Shown here piece by piece: positions 9,520 through 19,345 of a DNA stretch of 62,586 nucleotides (its first letter is position 1; each line of letters begins with the position of its first letter). The translations under genes were made by a program, and so were the position numbers. A model generated the notes under the pieces. The model saw nothing but the letters and a program-made list of their open reading frames with translations, searched no databases and had not been told where the DNA came from. Origin of the DNA: Deltaproteobacteria bacterium SM23_61. Lineage in GTDB: Bacteria; Desulfobacterota; SM23-61. The stretch spans positions 1 to 62,586 of the forward strand of contig LJUR01000002.1 of the NCBI GenBank assembly GCA_001304105.1, written 5' to 3'.

Positions 9520-10413
9520 ATGGAAACCCGGCAATCTTCCATAACAGACTTCATGCCCATGGCCGCCGGGGCAGCCTCCGGCATTCTGGTCGGATCGGCC
9601 ATGGTGGCCACCCGCTTTGTCATTGACCAGACCCATCCCGCCTCGCTGGCGCTCTGGCGATACCTCATCGGCTTCTGCTGCCTGCTCCCGCCGGTACTCC
9701 TCTCGCCCCGCGTGCGGATGGAACGGCGGGATTTACTGCCCATCGGTTTGCTGGGAATCACCCAGTTCGGCATCCTGATCGCCCTCCTCAATTACGCCCT
9801 GCAATTCATCCCCTCGGCCCGCGCGGCGCTGATTTTTGCCACCCTGCCCCTTCTGACCATGATCCTGGCGTCATCGCTCGGCCGGGAACACCTCACCCTG
9901 GCAAAGACCCTGGGGGTCTTTGCGACCATCATCGGGGTGGGGTTCGCGCTGGGGGAAAAAGCAGTTCAATGGGGCGGCGGGGCCCATCAGTGGGTCGGTG
10001 AGCTGGCCGTGCTGGCGAGCGCTCTGTGCGGTGCCGTCTGCAGCGTCTTTTACCGGCCTTACCTGCAGAAATATCCGACCCTGCCGGTCAGCGCCCTGGC
10101 CATGCTCGCCTCGGTGGGGTTCCTCGCGGTGCTCGCCGCCGGGGAAGGGTTCTTTACCTCCCTGCCCCGCTTCACTCCCGGCGGCTGGTTCTGCGTCCTC
10201 TTTATCGGGGTGAACAGCGGCATCGGCTACTACCTCTGGCTGTGGGCATTGAACCACACCACGCCGACGAAGGTAACCGTCTTCTTGGCGCTCAGCCCCC
10301 TTACCGCAGCGGGATTGGGGGTACTCTTTCTTGCCGAGATGGTGTCGGCGATGTTTTTCCTGGGACTTGGCTTCGTGACCCTCGGACTGTGGCTCACCCA
10401 GAAGCGGAATTGA
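9520..10413 (+). CDS. EamA/DMT-superfamily transporter
   Basis: About 10 TM helices arranged as two EamA-like repeats. The last 87 nt (plus one following base) are duplicated at 17611-17698. Confidence 0.9.
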   Translation: METRQSSITDFMPMAAGAASGILVGSAMVATRFVIDQTHPASLALWRYLIGFCCLLPPVLLSPRVRMERRDLLPIGLLGITQFGILIALLNYALQFIPSARAALIFATLPLLTMILASSLGREHLTLAKTLGVFATIIGVGFALGEKAVQWGGGAHQWVGELAVLASALCGAVCSVFYRPYLQKYPTLPVSALAMLASVGFLAVLAAGEGFFTSLPRFTPGGWFCVLFIGVNSGIGYYLWLWALNHTTPTKVTVFLALSPLTAAGLGVLFLAEMVSAMFFLGLGFVTLGLWLTQKRN

Positions 10414-10414
10414 A
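10327..10414 (+). repeat. Direct repeat copy 1 (88 bp, eamA 3' end), attL-like
   Basis: Identical base for base to 17611-17698. Confidence 0.95.
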
Positions 10415-10693
10415 GTTCCAGGATCTTCTCCGAATTCGTTGATCGAATATTTTGTGAAAGCTTGGCATCACTTGACATTATGAGAATATCAGATCTTTGA
10501 TCCTCAACGGATTCGAAGATGATCCCAATCTCAAGATCGCAAGCCTGACCCTTTTCCCGTTGATCGCCCATTGGCAACTTGTAGATCCTTAACTATTAAC
10601 TATTCACCGCCAACCCATTATGATCCGGGCTGAAACGAAGCGAGGTATGGCTTTAGGGGACGATAACTTAATGGGAAAGGAGGGTTCGGGCAG

Positions 10694-11667
10694 ATGGGAA
10701 CGAGAAAGAACTGTTGGCAGGCTTTAGCGACTGTCCTGGGGATGGCCCTTCTGATTTTAGCTTCTCCGGCCTTATCCGAGTACCCGGACAAGCCGATCAC
10801 CATCTACTGCGTCTACGGCCCCGCGGCTAGCACGGATGTCTCCTCCAGGTCTTTGGCCAGCGGGTTGGAGAAGATGTGGGGGGTTCCCGTGGTCGTGGAG
10901 AACAAGCCGGGCGGGGGAACTACGGTATGCGCCGGGCTGGTGGCGAGCAAGAAGCCCGACGGGTACACCCTGGGAACGATCAGCGAAGGAGCCCTGACCG
11001 CCAGTCCCCCCTCCAGAAACTCGCCTACGATCCGCTCAAGGATTTTTCCTTCCTGACTCAGTACGCCACCTACTTCGGGGCCTTCGTCGTGCGCAGCGAT
11101 TCTCCGTGGAAGACCGTGGATAAATTTATCGCCCATGCCAAAGCCCATCCCGGAATGTCCTACACCTCGACGGGCATGTACACCCCGCAGCAGATCAGCG
11201 CCGAGCTTCTAGCGCTGTGCAAGGGTCTCACCTGCCGACATGTGCCCACCAAAGGGGGCACCGACGCCAGCACCATGCTCATGGGCGGTCACGCGGACTT
11301 CTCCACCGGCTCCAGCCAGGGCGTTTACGTGCGACAAGGGGTCTTCCGCCTTCTCCTTCAGGTCAACGCGGAGAAACGCCATCCCTCTTTTGCCGACGTG
11401 CCGGCGCTGAAGGAGATCGGCTGCCCCGAGCTGCCCTCCGCGGCGATCGATGTGATTGCCCCCAAGGGTTTGCCCCCGGCCATTAGCAAAAAGCTGGGCG
11501 AGGCGATCCGCAAAGTAGCCCTGGAGGCCCTTTTCCAGAAAGTCCTGGCTAACTTCGACGTCCCCTACGATTACCTCGACCAGGAAGGCCTCGAGAAGAA
11601 GGTAAGGCCCCAATACGAGTGGTTTAAAGTGTACTTGACCAAGGCGGGGATCAAGACGATCAAATAA
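10694..11667 (+). pseudogene. Tripartite tricarboxylate transporter substrate-binding protein (TctC/Bug family), frameshifted
   Basis: The N-terminal part is in ORF 10694..11056 (signal peptide, YPDKPITI..., VVENKPGGGT). The rest is in ORF 10876..11667 (LQKLAYDPLKDF...). The frames switch at a C6 run (11006-11011), and one extra C would restore ...ALTASPPLQKLAYDP.... Confidence 0.85.
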
Positions 11668-11953
11668 GGGTCCCGGGCCTACGAAAGCAAGGTCATTAAA
11701 AAAGACAGGCTGGAAATTCACACCGCCCGATGATTTGTTTTACGGCATAGGATTGTGGAGAATTAGAAGACGGAGGCATTGGGGCGTTTCGACTTCTGCC
11801 CTCTTCAGATCTTGCTCAGAAGATCGAAAGGTTTGTCAACCTAGCAAACAACGTCTGCAAGAGGCCCACTTCTTTGCCTGAATCTCGAACCTGTGCCATT
11901 GCCCTCACCATTCATTCAGAAACGCCATCTGCATCCCTTTTAAAAAAAGTGAC

Positions 11954-14179
11954 CTAGCGAGGCGGATTCTTGCTGACATCTTCGATATTTAACCCTTCTG
12001 TGTACTTAGAAATATCTTCTCCTCTCAATTTTTTTTGAATCAAATCTGGACGATAAAACGCGTCATAAAACTGATTATCATCGTAAACCTCCAATTTTTT
12101 AACAAAGTGGATATTTTTTTTAAAATTACCGGTGCCGGCAAAGTAACCTTCCGGGCTTAAAATAAGCGAAGATTCCTTATCAATTGCGATAAATTTCGCA
12201 ATGGATTTTTTAGGCGATATTTTATTCAACTCAATCTCAGAATAAGTGCTTGTTAAAAGATATTCATCATTCTCCGAATAACTCAGTGATCTTACTTCGC
12301 TATTATGCTTTGCAATCAATTCAACCTTATTTTTTTTTAATTCCCATACCCAAACGTTCCCCAGCGTATCCCCAAAGCCCAAATATTTTCCATCGGAAGA
12401 ATATCGAAAAGTCTTGCTCACCATACTCCCTGATCCATGTACCCGCTTTATATTTGCAGGCATTTCAAAGCTAGCAATAGGCTTCCAATCAACAATTCTC
12501 ATTATCTTTATATTCATACGCGAATCTGCATATGCACAATTCTCACCGTCATGTGAGAAGTCAAATGCATGCCCATTAACTTTTATCTTTTCAACAACTC
12601 CCTTAATATTCAAATTCCATACATATATGTCATTCAACATCGTCACTGCAGCCAAGTACACTCCATTACTCGAAATACGAAGGGATTCAACGCTTCCATC
12701 AAGCTCATATTCCCACATAATCGACCCATTGATAAGATTGAGCGACCCTATATAAGCTTTATAAGATCCGCCAAGTTTGCCATAAATTACCTTTGCATAT
12801 ATTAGCTCGGGAGATTTAGGGTGAAAAATAATCTCTCCAACATCCCCCTTTTCGATATTAAAAATACGGATACTCTCTGTATCCAAATCCCATATCATAA
12901 TGGTCCCTTCTTTACTTGCTGAGCTTAAAAAGCGCCCTTTTTGCATTAAAGCGATAGAACTGATAACATCTTTTTGGCCTTTCAATATCTTTTCTATTTT
13001 TCCGTTCTCTCTGTTCCAAATAAATATATAATTGAAATATTTTCCTTCTTCATCCTTTTCCTCCCCAATCATCGATGTAAAGAAAAATTTATTAATGGGA
13101 GAGTGAAGAGAATTAATTACAATAGTGTCTAGCTTGCCTCCCAAGGTTCTAATTAATTTAAGGTTATCAGCCTTCAGTAGCTCAATTCTATTCGATCCTG
13201 CTCCGGCTAATATTTTTCCGTCAGGGGAAAAGGCCAAATGTGTATACCACCAAAATTTTATCGGTTTAATAGCTCTAATCATTTTCCCCGATTTTACCTC
13301 CCAAACCGCCCCTCCTTCCAATTCTTCTGACCCCCTCGAAATGTATACATCGTTTTTCGAAAAAGAAAGTGGTTTATCCCCCAGTAAATAATATCTTTTG
13401 CCCTCCAAATTAGAAACAAGTTTATTTTCTATCAAATCCCATATTTTTATATTACGATCCATCCCTGTGGAAGCGACATATTTTTTATTATGGGAAAAAC
13501 AAATTTCCTCCACCCCGCTGTCGATGGGATTATTGTTAGGTTTAGCTTTATAATGGCGAAATTCTCTCAATACGATTCCGTTATTAAGATCACGAATTTG
13601 CAATAATCCATTGGAATATCCTATTCCCAGCAATTTACCGTCGCTCGAAAATCTGACGCATGAGATTCCTTGTGCTTTTGTATCTATTATAGATATGATT
13701 TTTTTATTTAAATCATATACACTGATCTTATATTGATCGGTACGCGCGGCAACCCAATTCCTGGCAGGCGAGAAATCTATTATCTTTTGTGGATTTGCAG
13801 CATAAATGTAAGTTGGAAATAGATTCCTTTTTATTAAATTATTGTCCACAATAGGTCGGATATTTAGGGCTGTAAATCCAAGGTCTGCCCGAGTTAAAGA
13901 TGCGAGATTCTTATCATCATTTGCAAACCTTACAAAGTACACTTCACCGGGTTCTTTTGTCGTATTCAGAATCCTGCCGGTCGCTGCATCCCATATTATT
14001 ATATTCCCAACATTATCCGCGGACGCAATTAATTTGCTGTTTGAAGAGAAAGCGACCGATGTAATAAGATTTTCCTCATGTCCCTGCTGATAGACTAATC
14101 TTATAGAGTCATCCGGATAAATGGGCGGCGATAGAAAGAGAATGGATATTGCCATGATAAATATTCGTATTAATACCAT
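11954..14179 (-). CDS. Secreted WD40/beta-propeller repeat protein (741 aa)
   Basis: N-terminal signal peptide, then many WD-like units (e.g. SVAFSSNSKLIASADNVGNIIIWD, CVRFSSDGKLLGIGYSNGLLQIRD). Lies in the ~33% GC block. Confidence 0.85.
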   Translation of the reverse strand: MVLIRIFIMAISILFLSPPIYPDDSIRLVYQQGHEENLITSVAFSSNSKLIASADNVGNIIIWDAATGRILNTTKEPGEVYFVRFANDDKNLASLTRADLGFTALNIRPIVDNNLIKRNLFPTYIYAANPQKIIDFSPARNWVAARTDQYKISVYDLNKKIISIIDTKAQGISCVRFSSDGKLLGIGYSNGLLQIRDLNNGIVLREFRHYKAKPNNNPIDSGVEEICFSHNKKYVASTGMDRNIKIWDLIENKLVSNLEGKRYYLLGDKPLSFSKNDVYISRGSEELEGGAVWEVKSGKMIRAIKPIKFWWYTHLAFSPDGKILAGAGSNRIELLKADNLKLIRTLGGKLDTIVINSLHSPINKFFFTSMIGEEKDEEGKYFNYIFIWNRENGKIEKILKGQKDVISSIALMQKGRFLSSASKEGTIMIWDLDTESIRIFNIEKGDVGEIIFHPKSPELIYAKVIYGKLGGSYKAYIGSLNLINGSIMWEYELDGSVESLRISSNGVYLAAVTMLNDIYVWNLNIKGVVEKIKVNGHAFDFSHDGENCAYADSRMNIKIMRIVDWKPIASFEMPANIKRVHGSGSMVSKTFRYSSDGKYLGFGDTLGNVWVWELKKNKVELIAKHNSEVRSLSYSENDEYLLTSTYSEIELNKISPKKSIAKFIAIDKESSLILSPEGYFAGTGNFKKNIHFVKKLEVYDDNQFYDAFYRPDLIQKKLRGEDISKYTEGLNIEDVSKNPPR

Positions 14180-15503
14180 TCCTGATCCCTCCTTTTTTAG
14201 ATAATGGAGATTTTAGGTTTGGCAAAGATGCTCTAAGCATCTTTCCCGATAGGTATCCATTTTTTATTTCTCCCCACCAAAGATGTTGCAATATTTTGCG
14301 GTAGGCATTGGATAGCTTAACCAACTGCAAGTTTGCTTAGAAAGCGATTCCTGATCGAGATTTCCTTGCTTTAATCTAATGGGCCGATTCTCGAGAATCT
14401 AGTTACGCAGGATTTTGACGTCTAGGCCCGCATAGGCTGGGGGAATGAAATGCCCTCAGACTACTCGACTCAATATTAGAAATAAATAGTCCTTGTCTTG
14501 TTTCAATAGATCAATATCTCGGAAAAAGTTAAATTTTTTCAAAATTTATCATCCCGGCGATAGCCAGAATCCTATTATTTCAAGGTATTCTGAACCCCTA
14601 CTTTCACCGCGGGAACCCCTTCAGAGTCTCCCTATCCATAATGCAAATATTCAATTTAAATGCTTTTCTCTGCAAGGATTGAATGAAATCGGGATGGCCA
14701 GGTCAATATAAGATACAGTTGCTCAGCAAACCTGCAGTTACTCCTGATTTCCACCATGTTTTCAATATTTACGCTGTGGAATTGCCGAGAATAAAAGGTT
14801 TTCTTTATATATTTTTTATAGATTTCCCCAAAAATTGATCCTGGGGCATTTCTGACCGACCCCCGCTAAATTGAGCGTAAGCTGATAGGTTTTTTCCCTT
14901 GTTTCTCGAGATCGTGGCTTCCGGAGGTGTTTCCGCTCGATTACCTGGAATTGGCCAATGGTATTCTTAGATTTTTTCGCGGCTTTTTGCAGGTGCGCAG
15001 ACTTATCAGCTATCTCTTCCCTCAAAATCCATCGCGCCGGATGCACCTTAGCCATAGTCAGATAGCTCTGCAGGGCAAAAATCCCTTCTTGTACAAGCCT
15101 TTTCCTTTACGCCTGCCCCATTGGCAGGGCCTTAGTCCCGCCTCATGAAAGAGGCATCAAGGCCAGAATCATCCTGGACAATAACCCTCTTATTTGACAA
15201 TATGCCTCAGCCCCTTTTGCCGATAAAGCAATTACCCATATTAAGATAGATTCCTCCCGTGATATTGCTGATATATTATACAATCTTGACATGATCAAAG
15301 TCTTTTCGATTGAGATTAAAACCAGGCAGGACCTCGCAAGAGAAGATCGCCAGGATTCCAAAAACTGTCCTTGGCACCATGATATAAACTTAAAAATCAG
15401 GGCAGGTTATTGAGCAAGGAAGCCTCTTATCAGGAACTCTCGCCTGATTCTTCTTTGATGAAGATGCTTTTGAGGCTCTAGTATAGATCGCATAATAGTA
15501 AAT

Positions 15504-15812
15504 TTACTTTTTAGATACACTTTCAATAAATAGTTTTAATTTTGCAGGATCATTTAAGATTTCTTTGGCATATTCTCTAGGCAATTCATAAGAAATTTGC
15601 TTTTTTGACTGTGTTAATTTGCCTTCAGATTTTAAATCAATCGGTATCTTTTTATTTGGGTTAAGAGAAGCTTCATAGTTGATGTTTCCATTACTATCAA
15701 TTTCGCTTATGATGAAAATAGTCACTAAATCACCCTTGTCTTTATGTGAATATACGGCGCAACCAATATTACAAAAAAATATTAAGATAATAATAAAAAT
15801 TATATTTTTCAT
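15504..15812 (-). CDS. Small hypothetical lipoprotein
   Basis: MKNIIFIIILIFFCNIGC signal peptide/lipobox. The ATG at 15812 is preferred over the upstream TTG. AT-rich. Confidence 0.55.
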   Translation of the reverse strand: MKNIIFIIILIFFCNIGCAVYSHKDKGDLVTIFIISEIDSNGNINYEASLNPNKKIPIDLKSEGKLTQSKKQISYELPREYAKEILNDPAKLKLFIESVSKK

Positions 15813-15847
15813 TAAAAAACCTAAAGCTCTCCGCAAGTTAGTATAAA

Positions 15848-17026
15848 TTAATTCCGATTTATAAGTATCTTAGCAGCTTCAGTGCTATTCTTTTCAATAG
15901 CGATATCTAATGCGGTTTTCCCTTCTAAGAGCGAGCCCGTGTTTCCCCCGTTATTTATGATCATTTCTAAAATAGCCGCCAAATCATAATAAGCCGCTAA
16001 ATGAATCGGAGCGATGCCACTTTCTGTTCTTGCATTTAAATCTATACCCTTTTCAATTAATGTTTCGACCAACATGATGTCTTTGAGTAAAATAGCAGCG
16101 TGCAATGGGAAAAAACTTTCATCTAAATCTATTTTATATTTATCTTCTTTGCCTAATAAATCCCTTTTATCACGAGTGAATTCTGCAAAATGAGTCAACT
16201 TTATGAACAAATTATTAGAATTACTTTCCCATTCAATTTTTTCGGAAATCACTCTTGTTTTTTCATAGAACCGTATATCATTTTTTAATTCAACCTTAGA
16301 ACCGTTTTTATGATAAACCCAATCAGATTTTTTATGGTTTTTATCATTTTCGCTGCGCAACCTATCGTATTGTAAACATTTTGATGCTCGATATAGCCAT
16401 TTTTGTGAAAGTTGATAATCCGAAACAGAAGATTTTCCAAACCATTTAGAAGCTTCGCCGAAATTTTGATTTAAACCAATGCCTTGAAAATAGCAGGAAC
16501 CTAGAACGAAAAAAGCATTAGGGTATTCAGACTTTGCGGATTTCAATAAATATTGAGCACCTTTTTTAAAATTCTGTTTTACTCCAACTCCCTTCAAGTA
16601 TAAAACCCCTATATTGTATTGAGATTTCTTATCTCCCTTCTCAGCTGATTTTTCAAACCAGTGAGCTGCCTCCTGATAGCTTTGAGTAACTCCCCACCCC
16701 TGAATATACATACAGGCTAAATTATATTGAGCCTTGATATTTCCATTTTCAGAAGAACGTTTTAACCAATAAGCAGCCTCGGAATAATCTTGCTTAAACC
16801 CTTTGCCGGTTAAATACATTGTTCCAAGGTTAAATTGCGCTTCGGAATCTTCAAGTGCAGCTTTCCTCAATAAAATTCCTTTAGGTGATTTACCATTGTA
16901 AATTGTTGCTGAGCCATAATGAGATATTTTATAACCCTCTTTTCCTAACGAATTGCAGCTTATGCAAAAGGAAATGTGAAGGAGTAATAATTGGTAAAAA
17001 AAATATTTATTGAAAAATAAAAACAT
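15848..17026 (-). CDS. Sel1-like (TPR-type) repeat plus ankyrin-repeat protein, probably exported
   Basis: At least 4 Sel1 units (AQFNLGTMYLTGKGFKQDYSEAAYWLKRSSENG...). The C-terminus has ankyrin units (PLHAAILLKDIMLVETLIEKGIDLNARTESGIAPIHLAAYY...GKTALDIAIEKN). The start is taken at the internal Met preceding a hydrophobic signal-like stretch; the ORF extends to 17140. Confidence 0.8.
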   Translation of the reverse strand: MFLFFNKYFFYQLLLLHISFCISCNSLGKEGYKISHYGSATIYNGKSPKGILLRKAALEDSEAQFNLGTMYLTGKGFKQDYSEAAYWLKRSSENGNIKAQYNLACMYIQGWGVTQSYQEAAHWFEKSAEKGDKKSQYNIGVLYLKGVGVKQNFKKGAQYLLKSAKSEYPNAFFVLGSCYFQGIGLNQNFGEASKWFGKSSVSDYQLSQKWLYRASKCLQYDRLRSENDKNHKKSDWVYHKNGSKVELKNDIRFYEKTRVISEKIEWESNSNNLFIKLTHFAEFTRDKRDLLGKEDKYKIDLDESFFPLHAAILLKDIMLVETLIEKGIDLNARTESGIAPIHLAAYYDLAAILEMIINNGGNTGSLLEGKTALDIAIEKNSTEAAKILINRN

Positions 17027-17307
17027 AATTTTGTCCAAAGTTCTGTGAAAAAATGCATCAATAGGAAGACAGGGAAAATTTATTGATAATAAATCGCTTT
17101 GGAATGAGTTGAATATACAAAAAAGGGGATTGTGTGTCAAGAGAATTTAAAGAAAACTTAAATGCAAATTTAAATACAAATACAATTTAAATTCAAAATG
17201 GGGCGGGCGATATCGGGCAGTAACGAATTTCTTCAATGAATCAGAAAGCGGTTCTTTGGTCCGAGGCAGCAGCCCGGGAACTCCGAATCCAAGTTGCTGG
17301 AACCGAC

Positions 17308-17600
17308 GGCGGAGGACTTTCTTGAGGTGTTCTGCGCCTTGTACGGAATAAAAAAGAGGAACTTCCCAGGTCTGAGAGGGTCCGATTCAAGGAACGCAGA
17401 AATGTTGTGCTTTACTTGAGCCGGAGATAACTTATGACACCCTGAACTAGGTAGGCATCTTATTTCGGATGAACCGATATAGCTCTGCCACCAGCGCGAT
17501 AGGTCGGGCGAAAAATCAAATGGAGGAGAGATAGGCGGATGCAAAAGTGCATCCAGAAAATCATGGACGACCCCTCTGAGGGTCAAAGGTAAACCTTACC
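17308..17600. repeat. Repeat element A, homologous to 25970-26240 and partly to 27612-27670; abuts the right-hand 88-bp repeat
   Basis: Aligned by eye. For example, cttatttcggatgaaccgatatagctctgcc...gcatccagaaaatca in A matches cttatttcagatgaatcgatatagctttgcg...gcatccagaaaatca in B, at about 75% identity. Confidence 0.7.
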
Positions 17601-17610
17601 CCTTTTTCTG

Positions 17611-17698
17611 TTTCTTGCCGAGATGGTGTCGGCGATGTTTTTCCTGGGACTTGGCTTCGTGACCCTCGGACTGTGGCTCACCCAGAAGCGGAATTGAA
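17611..17698 (+). repeat. Direct repeat copy 2 (88 bp; orphan eamA 3' fragment), attR-like
   Basis: Identical to 10327-10414, including the eamA stop codon. Confidence 0.95.
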
Positions 17699-17725
17699 AT
17701 GGGAAGGCCGGAGTCAAACACTTTA

Positions 17726-18994
17726 TTAAAAAAATTTATCCCGCCGATCACTCCCCCCCTGCAAGGCTGTGCGCACGGGAGGCTTGATGATCAAGGAGAG
17801 AAAAACAGAAATAGACACCATTCCCGCGCTCAGGGCAAAGGGAACGAAATAGGTTCCGGTCACATCCTTAAGAAACCCCCCGGCATAGGGGCCGGCGAAA
17901 CCCGCGAGGCCGAATGCGGTAAAAAGGAGCCCATAGTTCGTTCCTTGCGATTTTCCCCCGAAAAAAGCCAGGCAGGTTGCCGGGAATAGGGTGAAGATCC
18001 CGCCGTAATTCCAGCCGATCACCGCGGCGGCCATCCACAATTGCCAGTAGTTTGAGCCCGCCGGGTACAGGAGCAGCAGAGCGCCGGCCTGGATTCCGAA
18101 ATAGGAAAGGAATAGAGCCCGGGTTCCGAGTCGATCGACAAACAGGCCGGTGACGATCCTGGTGACCGCGTTGCAACCCGCCAAGGCGCTGACGGCCCAG
18201 CCCGCTTGCATCGCCGTGAGTCCTGAATCCAATCCGTGTCCGGCAATATGGCCGATTACCACGAGCCCCCCAAAAGAGGCTGAAAAATAACTTATGTACA
18301 AGAGCCAAAATTGAATCGTCCGGATACTTTCGGCAAAAGTGTAATCCCCGAGGGTGCTCCCTCCCGCATGAGGTTTCGGCGGATCCCAACCCCGGGGGCT
18401 CCACCCCTTGGGTGGATTTCCCAAGGTCAGGGATGACAGGATGGCCATGATCCCCATGGCAATGCCCACGTACCAAAAGACATACCTCCAACCCAGGGTT
18501 TCAATCATCGCCGTGGCCAAAGGCCCCATGACAAAGGATCCCAGACCCAAGCCCACAACCGCGCAGCCAGTTGCAAATGCTCTTCGATCGGGCCACCATT
18601 TGGGCGCAGTGGCAATGGGCGGAAGGTAAATCATTCCTCCCCCGATCCCGGCAATGACCCCGTAACTCACGTACAGCCAGGCTTTAGAGTCTGTAAAACC
18701 CGCCAGAAAAAAACCGATTCCCAGGATGATTCCGCCGAGGAATACAATGATTCGGGCCCCATATCGATCGCTCAAGCGCCCTGCCGGATAGCTCACCAGG
18801 GCAAAAATCAGGATGCAGATTCCGTAGGCCATGGCAATCTCGGCGCGACTCCATCCGAAGGTCTGGTTCAAGGGCTTGATGAATACACTCCACGCATAGA
18901 GCAATAAACCGCAGGTCGTGCTGCTGAACATGCCTCCGAGCAAAGGAAGCCATCGGGGTGTGGGCGCAAGATGGGTTTTTTCAGCTTCTGCCAT
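17726..18994 (-). CDS. MFS transporter, oxalate/formate antiporter (OFA)-like
   Basis: 12 TM helices. N-terminal pattern [12 protein letters not shown]...[11 protein letters not shown]...[10 protein letters not shown] is typical of OFA-family MFS proteins. Confidence 0.85.
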   Translation of the reverse strand: MAEAEKTHLAPTPRWLPLLGGMFSSTTCGLLLYAWSVFIKPLNQTFGWSRAEIAMAYGICILIFALVSYPAGRLSDRYGARIIVFLGGIILGIGFFLAGFTDSKAWLYVSYGVIAGIGGGMIYLPPIATAPKWWPDRRAFATGCAVVGLGLGSFVMGPLATAMIETLGWRYVFWYVGIAMGIMAILSSLTLGNPPKGWSPRGWDPPKPHAGGSTLGDYTFAESIRTIQFWLLYISYFSASFGGLVVIGHIAGHGLDSGLTAMQAGWAVSALAGCNAVTRIVTGLFVDRLGTRALFLSYFGIQAGALLLLYPAGSNYWQLWMAAAVIGWNYGGIFTLFPATCLAFFGGKSQGTNYGLLFTAFGLAGFAGPYAGGFLKDVTGTYFVPFALSAGMVSISVFLSLIIKPPVRTALQGGSDRRDKFF

Positions 18995-19345
18995 TTCTCG
19001 AGAATCCTTCCCCTGGGGACCACCGCTCTCCTATTTTCTTTATGTATTCCCCATGCATACAATCCTCTCCCTTCCTAAAATGCCCCCCAGCTTCGCAGCG
19101 CACTTTGCATATTTCTCCACACTTTGAATAATTTTACCCGATCACCGATGCAACGGAAACAGATTTATAGGGGGTCTAAGAAATAGGGGCTACGTTTGAC
19201 ATTCATGAGAATTTTTGATCGCGTGAGATTGTTTATAAACCCTTGCGCATAGAGTATCCTCATGCTTGGTATGAGGTGATGAACCGGGGGCGGCGCGGTA
19301 GCTTTGACCCCTTTCCCGAATGACCTCATAATTCTATTTTTTTGA

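Noticed and set aside
14816-15500. Group II intron remnant (79-aa ORF with ILREEIADKSAHLQKAAKKSKN loosely like an RT N-terminus)
   Set aside because: I found no GUGYG 5' end, no domain V consensus and no RT motifs. The resemblance is too weak.
17308-17600. Repeat element A/B as a CsrB/RsmZ-like multi-GGA sRNA, or as an IS200/IS605 TnpB guide-RNA remnant
   Set aside because: GGAGG/CCUCC tracts are present. I cannot show hairpin-loop GGA presentation, a TnpB gene or subterminal palindromes, so this is kept only as an unclassified repeat.
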